In this document: positions 1 to 8,047 of the stretch, in pieces
How the letters are laid out: each line of letters opens with the position of its first letter
Numbering within the stretch: the first letter of the stretch is position 1
NCBI GenBank assembly: GCA_903900265.1
Contig: CAIUMM010000015.1
Span: forward strand, 4,036-68,035
Length of the DNA stretch: 64,000 nucleotides
Reading direction: 5' to 3'
Source: an uncultured Pseudomonadota bacterium
GTDB taxonomy: Bacteria > Myxococcota_A > UBA796 > SXON01
Translations under genes and position numbers: made by a program
Notes under the pieces: model-generated
What the model was told of the DNA's origin: nothing
Database searches by the model: none
The model's input: the letters and a program-made list of their open reading frames with translations, nothing else

Positions 1-1
1 G

Positions 2-2566
2 GCGGAGATCCGGCAGGCGGTGGACGACGCCGTCGCCCCTCGCCTACGCCGCGTGGACGGCGTGGCGGGCATGATCATCTCCGGGGGAGATGCCCGCGAG
101 GTGCACCTGCTCACGCGCCTCGACGCGCTCGCGGCGCGCGGGCTCGCGATCGCCGACGTGCTGACCACCTTGCCGCGGCAGGTGGTCAACAACCGCGGCG
201 GGCCGCTGTGGTTGGGCAAGCGTGAGTACACGCTGCGCACCCTCGCGCGCCCGGAGACCCTCGACGATCTCGGGGACATCGTGCTTCGGCGGGATGCGGG
301 GGGCATCGTGCACCTCGCGGACGTCGCGCAGGCGCAGATCGAGCCGGCGGTGGGCCAGACGATGATGCGCATGAACGGCGTGCCGGGCATCGCGCTCGGC
401 ATCCAGCGGCAGACCGGCGCCAACGTGCCGACCACCGCGTCCGGCGTGCAAGACGCCCTCGCTGAGCTGCGCCGCACCTTTGCGATCTCCGGCGTGCCCA
501 TCGACTTTACCGTGCTTTACTCCGAGACGACCTACATCGACGATGCGGTAGAGGGCGCGCTCGAAGACAGCTTGATCGGCGTGGCGCTCGCGGCGGTGGC
601 GCTGTTGATCGCGCTGCGCTCGCCCAAGGCAGTGCTGCTGGTGGCGGCGGTGCAGCCGCTCGCGGTGCTGTGCGTGTTCCCGGTGCTGTGGTTTTTGGGC
701 CGCTCGCTGAACATCATCACCCTCGCCGGGCTGGCGTTCGGGATCGGCATCACCATCGACAACGCCATCGTCGTCGTCGAGAACATCCACCGCCATCGGG
801 AGTCGGGCGCGAGCGTGGGCGACGCCGCGTGGAAGGGCTCGCGGGAGGTCGCCGGGGCGATGCTGGCCGCGACGATGACCAACGTGTGCGTGTTCGCGCC
901 GGTGATCTTCCTGCAAGGCGAGGCCGGCCAGATCTTCCGCGACCTCGCGATCGGCATCTCGGTGGCGGCGATCGGCAGCTTGGTGGCGGTGCTGACGGTG
1001 ATCCCGGCGGCGGCGGCGCTGATCGGCACCGGGAACGTCACGACGGTTTCGGGGGGAGGCGCGCTGGGGCGCGTGTACGGGCGCATCGTGGATGCGATCA
1101 CCGGGCGGACCTCGGTGCGGGCGCTGGTGCTGGTGGCGGCGCTGGGCGCTTCGGCGTTGGGGCTGTTTGCCGTGCCGTCGCCGAGCTACCTGCCGGAGGG
1201 AAACCGCAACCTGATCCTGACCTTTGCGCGTGCGCTCCCTGGGACTTCGGTCGAAGCCGCGGGCGAGCTGCTGGAGCCGATCGAGCAGTCGCTGCTCGCC
1301 GATCCGCGCGTCGCCCGGACCTTTGTGGTGATGTCCTCGCGCTTTTCGGCGCTGGGGATGACGCTGACCGACGAAAACGCCGCTGCGGGGCCGTTCTCGG
1401 CGTTCCTCGGTGAGCTGCGCGGTCGGGTCGCGACCGTCCCCGGCTTCCGGTTCTTGTTCCCGCGCCGGGCGAGCATCTTCCAGGATCCCGGCAAACAGTT
1501 TGAGGTCTCGATCTCCGGTCCGGACCTCGATCAGCTCACGACGCTGGCGGGTGCGGTGCAAGGCAAGCTCCGCGCCTTGGACGGCGTGGTCAGCGTGCGG
1601 TCGAACTTTGAGAGCGGCAATCCCGAGCTTCAGGTGGTGCCGGATCGCACCGCGCTCGCGACCTTGGGCATGACGCCGCTTGAGGTCGCCAACGCCGTCG
1701 AGGTCGCTGTAGGCGGGCGTCGCGTCGGCACCTTCCTCGACGAGGGCCGCGAGCTCGACGTCGTGCTCATCGGCGAGGACCGCTACCGTCACGATCCGGC
1801 GGCGCTCAAGTCCCTGTTGGTGCGCCCCGGCGTGCCGCTCGACGCGGTGGCCGATGTACAAGAGGCGCTGGGTCCGGTCGCCATCCCGCACCTCGATCAG
1901 GCGCGCGCGATCACGCTCTCGGTCAGCCTCGACGAGACCGCCGCGCTCGGCGGCGTGCTCGCCACCTGCGAGTCTACCGTGCTCGACCCGCTGCGCGTGA
2001 GCCTGCCCGCCGGCTACCTGCTGACCACCGGCGGCTCTGCGGATCGCCTGACCGAGACCTTCAACGGCCTGCTGTCGTCCTTCGGCTACGCGCTGGTGAT
2101 CATCTACCTGCTGCTGGTCGCGCTGTACCGCTCGTGGTCGCAGCCGCTGGTGATCCTGACCGCCGTGCCGTTGGGCGTATGCGGCGCGTTGCTGTCGCTG
2201 GCGGCGGTGCATTGGGTCGCGCCGGTGGAGTTCGACACCATCGCGATGCTCGGCATGATCCTGCTCGCCGGGGTGGTGGTCAACACCAGCATCCTCATCG
2301 TCAGTCAGGCCGAAGAGCTGCTCGCGCAAGGGCTGGCGCCGCGGGACGCGCTGCGGGAGGCTGCGGCGTCGCGGCTGCGGCCGATCTTGATGAGCGTGAT
2401 CACCAGCGTGATCGGGATGCTGCCGCTCGCGGCGGGGCAGGGCAGCGGGTCCGAGCTGTACCGCGGGCTCGGCGTGGTGATGGTGGGCGGCATGGTTCTG
2501 TCCACGCTGTTCGTGCCGATCGTGGTGCCGGCGCTGCTGGCGACGCGGGCGCGCTGGCGGGGGTGA
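2..2566 (+). CDS. RND (AcrB/HAE1-type) efflux transporter permease, 5'-partial at window edge
   Basis: The frame is open from nt 2 (AEIRQAVDDAV... precedes the first Met of the 20..2566 ORF). It gives 848+ aa with the alternating periplasmic and multi-TM architecture typical of AcrB-like pumps. Conserved C-terminal block RLRPILMSVITSVIGMLPLAAGQGSGSELYRGLG. High GC3. The start codon lies outside the window. Confidence 0.9.
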   Translation, partial: AEIRQAVDDAVAPRLRRVDGVAGMIISGGDAREVHLLTRLDALAARGLAIADVLTTLPRQVVNNRGGPLWLGKREYTLRTLARPETLDDLGDIVLRRDAGGIVHLADVAQAQIEPAVGQTMMRMNGVPGIALGIQRQTGANVPTTASGVQDALAELRRTFAISGVPIDFTVLYSETTYIDDAVEGALEDSLIGVALAAVALLIALRSPKAVLLVAAVQPLAVLCVFPVLWFLGRSLNIITLAGLAFGIGITIDNAIVVVENIHRHRESGASVGDAAWKGSREVAGAMLAATMTNVCVFAPVIFLQGEAGQIFRDLAIGISVAAIGSLVAVLTVIPAAAALIGTGNVTTVSGGGALGRVYGRIVDAITGRTSVRALVLVAALGASALGLFAVPSPSYLPEGNRNLILTFARALPGTSVEAAGELLEPIEQSLLADPRVARTFVVMSSRFSALGMTLTDENAAAGPFSAFLGELRGRVATVPGFRFLFPRRASIFQDPGKQFEVSISGPDLDQLTTLAGAVQGKLRALDGVVSVRSNFESGNPELQVVPDRTALATLGMTPLEVANAVEVAVGGRRVGTFLDEGRELDVVLIGEDRYRHDPAALKSLLVRPGVPLDAVADVQEALGPVAIPHLDQARAITLSVSLDETAALGGVLATCESTVLDPLRVSLPAGYLLTTGGSADRLTETFNGLLSSFGYALVIIYLLLVALYRSWSQPLVILTAVPLGVCGALLSLAAVHWVAPVEFDTIAMLGMILLAGVVVNTSILIVSQAEELLAQGLAPRDALREAAASRLRPILMSVITSVIGMLPLAAGQGSGSELYRGLGVVMVGGMVLSTLFVPIVVPALLATRARWRG

Positions 2567-2590
2567 GGGGGGCGGCGCCCTCCGGCGAAT

Positions 2591-3004
2591 TCACCCGGCC
2601 TTTCGTCCCGGCTCCGACAGCAGCTGGCGCAGGAACTCCCCGCGCGGGCGGTCACCCCGGAGGGTGTCGAGGCGCTCGGCCTCTGCGGGGGTCAGCAGCA
2701 CGGGCACCCTCACGCTGCGCTGATCCTCGGGGCGCCGGGCCCGCAGCGCGGCGGGCATGGGTTCTCCGAAGCGCTGCTGCCATGCCCCCGCGGCTTGGGT
2801 TTCCTCCCAAGCCATCAGCTCCAGCGTGGAGAATTGGTAGGGCGTAGAGCCGTCCGCCGGATCGACGCAGCCGGACGGGCACTGCCAGACGAAGCCGTCG
2901 AAGGCCAGTACGCGCTCTCCGCGGCGGAAGCGGGTCACCTTGGAGACCGGGAGGGCTTGCGCGCCGCAGCCGGAGCAGGACGGGGGATGCAGGTTTGGCT
3001 TCAT
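2591..3004 (-). CDS. Zn-ribbon (YgiT/MqsA-like) protein with C-terminal ribbon-helix-helix-like segment; possible orphan antitoxin/regulator
   Basis: 137-aa ORF with paired Cys motifs (CSGC ... CPSGC) in the N-terminal 45 aa, as in MqsA/YgiT zinc ribbons. C-terminal segment VRVPVLLTPAEAERLDTLRGDRPRGEFLRQLL resembles an RHH strand-helix. Good GC3 bias. Function is inferred from motifs only. Confidence 0.6.
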   Translation of the reverse strand: MKPNLHPPSCSGCGAQALPVSKVTRFRRGERVLAFDGFVWQCPSGCVDPADGSTPYQFSTLELMAWEETQAAGAWQQRFGEPMPAALRARRPEDQRSVRVPVLLTPAEAERLDTLRGDRPRGEFLRQLLSEPGRKAG

Positions 3005-3253
3005 GGTTCACCGTCGTCGACCGCACGTCGAAGGCGTAGGAGGAAGGCGGCGAGAAGCGCAGCGGCTGGGGGCACACGCACTCTATATGCTCATGTTGCG
3101 TGTTTGGGCAAGCGGCGCGAGTTTGTGACAATGGTAGCTGGGCATTCTGCCATCGTTCGATGATCGATGTCGGAGGATCAGCGTCGCTTAAGAACGCTGC
3201 GGCGTCCCCCAACCATGGGAAACCACGAGATCCAGCCACTCCGTGCGTCCGCG

Positions 3254-3808
3254 CTACGCGATCGTGGTGCGGGGGCCGAACACCGCGTCGAGGATGCGCT
3301 CGTGCAACCAACCGGTCTGCGGGTCGTCGAGCCAACCGAACTGCCCGTTGGAGTTCACTTCGAGGAATTCGAAGTGGCCGGCGTCGTCGACGATGAAGTC
3401 GAGTCGCCCGTAGTGTAGCCGTGCGTCCGCCATCAGGGCGCGGATGCCGGCGGCTACGTTGTCCGGCAGGGTGAGCGGCTCCCAGGTGTCGGCCTGCGGC
3501 GTGTTGATGTACTCCCGCCAGTCGGTCGGGCCGTCTTGCCGCGCCCGCCGAACGCGGAAGCCGTAGCAGTCACCGGCCACGTACACCACGGTTGCGTCGT
3601 GGCTGCCGGATGCAGGCGTTTGCAGCAACCAAGGGTAGCGCGCGTCCAGACGCTCGGCCTCGACGATGGAGGTGTAGAGGAAGCGCATCCGTTCGTGGTG
3701 GAGGGGTTCGGCGATCAGCGCCTTCACCGCCCGTGTTCCCGGGGTCGGGCCGGCGCCGAATGTGTACTCCCAAGCCGGCACGTTCAAGTGGCGGGCGGCC
3801 ATGGTCAT
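3254..3808 (-). CDS. ATP-grasp domain protein, probably N-terminally truncated
   Basis: 184-aa ORF ending with the ATP-grasp C-terminal signature (GRLDFIVDDAGHFEFLEVNSNGQFGW). The frame is closed by a stop only 10 codons upstream of the Met (at 3839-3841). The ORF abuts the RND-remnant junction at 3826. The usual pre-ATP-grasp N-domain (about 100 aa) is absent. Confidence 0.6.
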   Translation of the reverse strand: MTMAARHLNVPAWEYTFGAGPTPGTRAVKALIAEPLHHERMRFLYTSIVEAERLDARYPWLLQTPASGSHDATVVYVAGDCYGFRVRRARQDGPTDWREYINTPQADTWEPLTLPDNVAAGIRALMADARLHYGRLDFIVDDAGHFEFLEVNSNGQFGWLDDPQTGWLHERILDAVFGPRTTIA

Positions 3809-3825
3809 CTGCGCGAGTTTGTTCA

Positions 3826-4050
3826 GCCGGGGTGGTGGTCAACACCAGCGGCCGATCGGGATGAGCGTGATCACCAGCGTGATCGGGATGCTGCCGCGGG
3901 CGGCGGGGCAGGGCAGCGGTTCAGAGCTGTACCGCGGGCTCGGCGTGGTACACGCTGTTCGTGCCGGCGCTGTTGCCGGCGCTGTTGCCGGCGCTGTTGC
4001 CGGCGCTGTTGCCGGCGCTGCTGGCGAAGCGTGCGCGCTGGCGGGGGTGA
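3826..4050 (+). pseudogene. Decayed duplicate of the RND permease 3' end (gene remnant)
   Basis: Nucleotide-level copy of 2267-2566. Identical runs include gccggggtggtggtcaacaccagc, gatgagcgtgatcaccagcgtgatcgggatgctgccgc and gagctgtaccgcgggctcggcgtggt. It ends in the same ...gcgcgctggcgggggtga stop. Two internal deletions (about 91 and 25 nt) and a 12-nt expansion break it into three frames. Confidence 0.85.
3963..4022. repeat. 12-bp tandem repeat gccggcgctgtt x4 plus one variant unit (encodes PALL repeats in the remnant frame)
   Basis: Read directly from the sequence. Units are at 3963, 3975, 3987, 3999 and 4011 (last unit gccggcgctgct). The intact gene has a single copy at about 2528-2540. 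Confidence 0.95.
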
Positions 4051-4123
4051 GGAGGCGGTGGTTACTGTTTCGGATGTTGCGAATGAGCCGTGCGGTGGCT
4101 ATAATTCTTCAGCGAGGTTCGTC

Positions 4124-4561
4124 ATGTTCGATGTCACCACCCCAACCGCCGAGTCTGCGCGCGTCGCGGAGACAGCGCTGCGCACCCTTACCGGGCACCC
4201 CGTCGGCGGTGCGTCGCTGCACGTTTGTGAGGACGGCAAAGACACGGCGGTAGCGTTGCCCGATGAGGTGTTGTCGCTGCTCGTACACGTGCTCGGGCAG
4301 ATGGCGAACGGCAACGGGGTTCGTGTGGTGCCCGTTCACGCAGAGCTCACCACGCAACAAGCCTCGGACATCCTGAATGTCTCGCGGCCGCATTTCGTCA
4401 AGCTCGTCGAGAGCGGAGCGATGCCGTTCCACTGGGTCGGCACGCATCGGCGCATCAAGCTTGGCGATCTACTGGTTTACAAGGCGCGCTTTGAGGCCCA
4501 GCAGGACGCATGCCTGGCCGAGTTGACGGCTGAGGCACAGAAGCTGAACCTCGGCTACTGA
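4124..4561 (+). CDS. Type II antitoxin, excisionase-family helix-turn-helix DNA-binding protein
   Basis: Internal ATG at 4124 of the 3536..4561 ORF; the upstream part of that ORF is the RND remnant read out of frame. C-terminal TTQQASDILNVSRPHFVKLVESGAMPFHWVGTHRRIKLGDLLVY matches the excisionase/MerR-type HTH. The stop lies 3 nt before the PIN gene start. Confidence 0.8.
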   Translation: MFDVTTPTAESARVAETALRTLTGHPVGGASLHVCEDGKDTAVALPDEVLSLLVHVLGQMANGNGVRVVPVHAELTTQQASDILNVSRPHFVKLVESGAMPFHWVGTHRRIKLGDLLVYKARFEAQQDACLAELTAEAQKLNLGY

Positions 4562-4564
4562 ACG

Positions 4565-5125
4565 ATGGCCAATGTAGCGATCTTCGATGCTTGCGTGCTG
4601 TACTCCGCACCGTTGCGGGATTTTTTACTCCGGCTTGGACGGGCGGGCGTAGTACAGCCTCGTTGGTCAGACCTGATCCTCGACGAATGCTTCCGTAGCA
4701 TCCTACAGAACCGGCCCGATCTCTCCGAAGCGTCGCTTGCGCGCACGCGCACGGTCATGAACGTTGCGTTCCCCAGCGCTCTGGTTGAGGGCTTTGAGCA
4801 GCTCATCGCCGCGAGCGCGTTGCCGGACGCGGATGACCGCCACGTCCTCGCGGCCGCGCTGCATTCTCATGCTTCCACGATTGTGACCTTCAACCTGAAA
4901 GACTTCCCGGCGAGCGTCCTCGAGCCTCTCGGTGTGGCCGCCGTACACCCAGACGACTTCGTTCTGGAACGGATCGCCGATGGCCTCGGACCGGTTCAGG
5001 CTGCGATCGCCAAGCAGGCCGCCGATCTCACGCGACCCCCCGGGACGATCCATGACGTGCTTGAACGTCTCCAGGACTGCGGCCTGCCGCGAAGCGTCGC
5101 TAAGCTCCGAGCTGAAATGGCCTGA
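4565..5125 (+). CDS. PIN-domain toxin (VapC-like ribonuclease)
   Basis: 186 aa. Acidic PIN residues appear in the expected order (FDACVLY, ILDECF, DADDRHVLAAAL, TFNLKDF). Immediately downstream of the HTH antitoxin, a typical two-gene TA layout. Confidence 0.85.
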   Translation: MANVAIFDACVLYSAPLRDFLLRLGRAGVVQPRWSDLILDECFRSILQNRPDLSEASLARTRTVMNVAFPSALVEGFEQLIAASALPDADDRHVLAAALHSHASTIVTFNLKDFPASVLEPLGVAAVHPDDFVLERIADGLGPVQAAIAKQAADLTRPPGTIHDVLERLQDCGLPRSVAKLRAEMA

Positions 5126-5156
5126 GATGGCGGGCGCGGCACCGCACAGGGTCTGG

Positions 5157-5287
5157 TACTGTCGGATTTTGATTCGGATTGCTCCTCGCCTGCGGTTCCG
5201 TGGCTGGTTGCTGCGCTTCAGGTCCGACCCTACCCACCGGCGGTGTACCCGTGATCCACCGAGCGAACGATGATCGAGACCTTAGTA
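5157..5287. repeat. MITE/REP-like intergenic repeat, degenerate copy A (homologous to 26296-26455)
   Basis: tactgtcggattttgattcggattgctcctcgcctgcgg matches taccgtcggatcttgattcggattgttcctcgcctgcgc at 26297 (about 34/38). Further similarity runs to ...gtgatccacc... near the right end. It starts 32 nt after the PIN stop codon. Confidence 0.7.
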
Positions 5288-5740
5288 CGAGCGCGGTGCG
5301 CCGCCGCGATCCCCCTCGCGGAAGCGATGGTGCGTGCGTTGCGGGAGCTGCCGGGGCCCCGACGGGTGGATGAGGAGGCCTGGTATGCCGAGGCCTGTTG
5401 GGCGCGGGCCGCCATCGCGCACGGGATGTCCGACCTTCCCGAGATACCGGAGACCGTAGCGGCGCTGCGCGCTGCGCCGCTGGTGCCGGGCGAGCCGGTC
5501 GGGCTGTGGGGGTTGCGCGTGGCCCGCGACCTCGCCCCCGTGCGGCTCGTCTACCTCCTCGAGATCGTCGCCCGGCTGCGGACAGGCGACTATCCGTCGC
5601 GGGTGCCGCGAACGGCGAGCCGGGCGGCACGGACCGAGGTCGCCGATTGGATGCAACGACGCGCGTGGTGTGAGGGCATGTTGTACGGACTTGGACCCGC
5701 TGAGGCCTACGTGGCGGCGGCGGTGCTTCCGGGCGCGTAA
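5270..5740 (+). CDS. Hypothetical protein
   Basis: 156-aa ORF with strong GC3 bias. The overlapping 261-aa minus-strand ORF is Arg/Pro-rich shadow-like. No recognisable motif. The start codon lies inside repeat copy A. Confidence 0.6.
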   Translation: MIETLVRARCAAAIPLAEAMVRALRELPGPRRVDEEAWYAEACWARAAIAHGMSDLPEIPETVAALRAAPLVPGEPVGLWGLRVARDLAPVRLVYLLEIVARLRTGDYPSRVPRTASRAARTEVADWMQRRAWCEGMLYGLGPAEAYVAAAVLPGA

Positions 5741-5940
5741 ACGCGCGAGCCCATGGGAGCAAACCGCCGCTCGCGTGAGGGGGCGTCACCCGAAGGGCCG
5801 AGACCGCAGGTCTCGGTCGGGAGGCGTGCGCGCCGACCGATAGCACCCGGCCGGCGCAGCCGGCGCGCCCACGAACGCAGGCCAACCGGACGGGATGCGA
5901 CAGGGAGCCCGATAGGGCGGGCCGGGGGTATGCTGTACCG

Positions 5941-6516
5941 GTGCCCCTGAACGACCCGGCTCCGACGTCCGATCCGCGGGTGCCCGTTTTTCCGCGAGTG
6001 ACGGGCGCCGATCTGGCGCGTGCCCGGGCGTTTGCGAGCGCCGAGCTGGCGCGGCCCAGGACGGGCTCGGAGTGGCGCGGGGAGCTGCTTGACTGCGGCT
6101 TGTTGGTGGATCTGGGCGCTGCGGACGACGACGGCGAGCCGCTCCGGGGCGTGCAGCGGGCGTTGACCGCGCTGCTTCGGGCCGAGGATGCGCTGGTCGC
6201 GGTGGATCAGCCGTCGCCGTGGTCGGTGGGGGAAGCCCCGCTTGCGGCGTGGGCCATCCTGTTTGGCACGTGGTTCGTGCTGACGACGGTTTGGAACCTG
6301 CTGGTGGGGATCTGCGGCGGCGCCGTTCTGCTCGGCGCGGTCGCGATCCTCGGGTTGCTCCGCCACGCCTACACGGCGCGGGAGACCGCGCAGCAGGTGC
6401 TCGCGGCGCGGGAGCAGGTCGCTACCGCCGGCGGGCTGCTGCGGGCGCGGATCCTAAGCCTGCACGCGGGCGCGTTCCCTGTGCTGACCGCGAGCGTGCG
6501 CGTCGAGGCGAGGTGA
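5941..6516 (+). CDS. Hypothetical membrane protein (two predicted TM helices)
   Basis: 191-aa ORF with a GTG start and high GC3. Hydrophobic stretch AAWAILFGTWFVLTTVWNLLVGICGGAVLLGAVAILGLL. No known motif. Confidence 0.6.
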   Translation: MPLNDPAPTSDPRVPVFPRVTGADLARARAFASAELARPRTGSEWRGELLDCGLLVDLGAADDDGEPLRGVQRALTALLRAEDALVAVDQPSPWSVGEAPLAAWAILFGTWFVLTTVWNLLVGICGGAVLLGAVAILGLLRHAYTARETAQQVLAAREQVATAGGLLRARILSLHAGAFPVLTASVRVEAR

Positions 6517-6584
6517 GCATGGGCGAGAGCAGGAGTCAGCGTTCTTATGCGCCGTTGTGGTACGGTGGCCGCTCCGGAGCGCAC

Positions 6585-6980
6585 ATGATCCTTCTCCTCC
6601 TCGCCACGTTGCCCGCTTGTGTCCCCGCTCCAGGATCGGGTGCGGGCGAGTCGGAGGCCCTCGCGTTCGAGCCCGTGGAGGGCGGATGGAGCGCTGCGAT
6701 TGACGCCGTCGGGCTCGTTGGCCGCTTCGATGGCGGGGGAGCTACGTTTTTCGCCGGCTCGACGCAGTTTGCGGTTGGCGGACAGGGCGGCTGGGTGGAA
6801 GGGGCGTGCGCGTCCATCGCGGCGCGGGCGCCCGACGGAAGCTGTGCTCGCCGGCGAGGTCGACACGCAGGCGGTGCTCCGGCTCGCTTCGCGGATGGGT
6901 CGAGTGCGCGGCCTACGGGTGGAGTGGCTCGCGGACACCGTGCTCGCGTGGCGCCGACCTCGCGGCGCCGACCGGGATAA
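6585..6980 (+). CDS. Putative lipoprotein, possibly frameshifted near 6835
   Basis: Internal ATG gives MILLLLATLPAC, a lipobox-like signal. GC3 bias is good to about 6835, then collapses. From there the 6619..7020 frame shows the better bias (EAVLAGEVDTQAVLRLASRMGRVRGLRVEWLADTVLAW...). Confidence 0.35.
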   Translation: MILLLLATLPACVPAPGSGAGESEALAFEPVEGGWSAAIDAVGLVGRFDGGGATFFAGSTQFAVGGQGGWVEGACASIAARAPDGSCARRRGRHAGGAPARFADGSSARPTGGVARGHRARVAPTSRRRPG

Positions 6981-6985
6981 TTCGC

Positions 6986-8047
6986 CTAACGGGACTCGAA
7001 GCCGTTGGCGTTGCTCTTGAAAAGCGCGTTTTCCTCGTCGAGGAACGACACCGTGAAGCTGCGGGACACGGTCTCGCCGAACGCGACGACGTAGCCGTCC
7101 GCGCCTTCGACGGAGCTCTGCTCTGTGCCGGTCGGGCTGTTCCCGACGAGCACAACGAAGCGGTTTCCTTCGCGCTGCTGCCACAGCATGAGCGAGGGGT
7201 GTCCTGTGCTGCCGGGGAGGAGCGTGTACGTGACGGTGTAGGTGCCCTCGACGATGCGGAAGTCGGAGTAGGCGGTCTGGTGGTTGTTGCCGCGGTCGGT
7301 CTCCCGGCTGTTCTCGGCGAGGCTGACGTGCACCGCGCCCTCCTCGTCGTGGTAGCGGAAGAGCGTGCGGGACGACGAGTCGGTGAGGGCGAACTCGCTG
7401 AACATCAGCAAGTCCCTATTGAAGTTGGCGATCGACCAGGTGTGGAGGTCGATCGGCATCATCCGGCGGGCCGCGTCGCGGCCACCGCTCTCGATCTTCT
7501 CGAAGACGTCGGGGATGGGCTGGTATTCCACGTAGCTGGCGCCGGACTCGTAGAGGCGCACCATCGGCTCGGTGGTGGCGCCGCACCGGACCGTGCCGGT
7601 GCCGATGGTGGCGCCGAGGCCGGTGGCGGGGTCGAGGGCCTCGACCCCGAAGCTGTGGGACCCGCCGTCTTCAAGCTCGGTCGGGATCGTGATGTCGAAG
7701 CCGTGAAAGCAGGGATCGCCGCCGCAGACGTCGGGGCGGGGTTGGTCCGCGGTGGCGGACGCGGTGGCTCCGGTGTCGAAGGTCGCGCGGACGCTGAGCG
7801 AATGATCGGGCGCGTCGTCATCGATCGTCCAGCCCCAGAGCCCGTCGCAGTCGGCGTGATCGAGGAAGCCCCGCGGCGCGACGGTGTCAGGGAGGCCGGT
7901 ATCGACCACCACGCCGGTGTCGCCGGTGTCGTCTGCGCCGGTGTGCTCCCCACCGGTTTCCTCGCCTGCGGGGGCCTTCAAGGGCGTGGGGTCAGGGGTG
8001 CCGTCCGCGAAGCGGGACGAGCATGCGAGGAGAATTAGCAGTGTCAT
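6986..8047 (-). CDS. Lipoprotein, unknown function
   Basis: 353 aa. N-terminus MTLLILLAC (lipobox) followed by an Asp/Thr/Gly-rich linker (GADDTGDTGVVVDTG). High GC3. No catalytic motif recognised. Confidence 0.8.
   Translation of the reverse strand: MTLLILLACSSRFADGTPDPTPLKAPAGEETGGEHTGADDTGDTGVVVDTGLPDTVAPRGFLDHADCDGLWGWTIDDDAPDHSLSVRATFDTGATASATADQPRPDVCGGDPCFHGFDITIPTELEDGGSHSFGVEALDPATGLGATIGTGTVRCGATTEPMVRLYESGASYVEYQPIPDVFEKIESGGRDAARRMMPIDLHTWSIANFNRDLLMFSEFALTDSSSRTLFRYHDEEGAVHVSLAENSRETDRGNNHQTAYSDFRIVEGTYTVTYTLLPGSTGHPSLMLWQQREGNRFVVLVGNSPTGTEQSSVEGADGYVVAFGETVSRSFTVSFLDEENALFKSNANGFESR

Noticed and set aside
44-2329. 761-aa minus-strand ORF antisense to the RND permease. Similar long antisense or out-of-frame ORFs occur at 670-1413, 2134-2847, 6369-7184, 6806-8038, 9044-9853, 16831-18030, 17488-18501, 21759-22523, 26524-28083, 36781-38340, 43012-43980, 47986-49164 and 50689-51900.
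   Set aside because: Their translations are Arg/Gly/Pro/His-rich, low-complexity and motif-free. They fully overlap ORFs with clear family signatures and proper GC3 bias. These are typical GC-rich shadow ORFs.
2576-3825. Interpreting the segment between the RND 3'-end copies as an intact mobile element.
   Set aside because: No integrase, transposase, recombinase or terminal inverted repeats are present. One of its two genes is truncated. It is treated only as a decayed insertion or rearrangement scar.
3963-4022. Whether the short tandem arrays (3963-4022, 13949-14008, 27977-28012, 63735-63860) could be CRISPR arrays.
   Set aside because: The units are 11-12 bp and directly abutting, with no spacers. 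Three of the four lie inside coding or ex-coding sequence. No cas genes are in the window.
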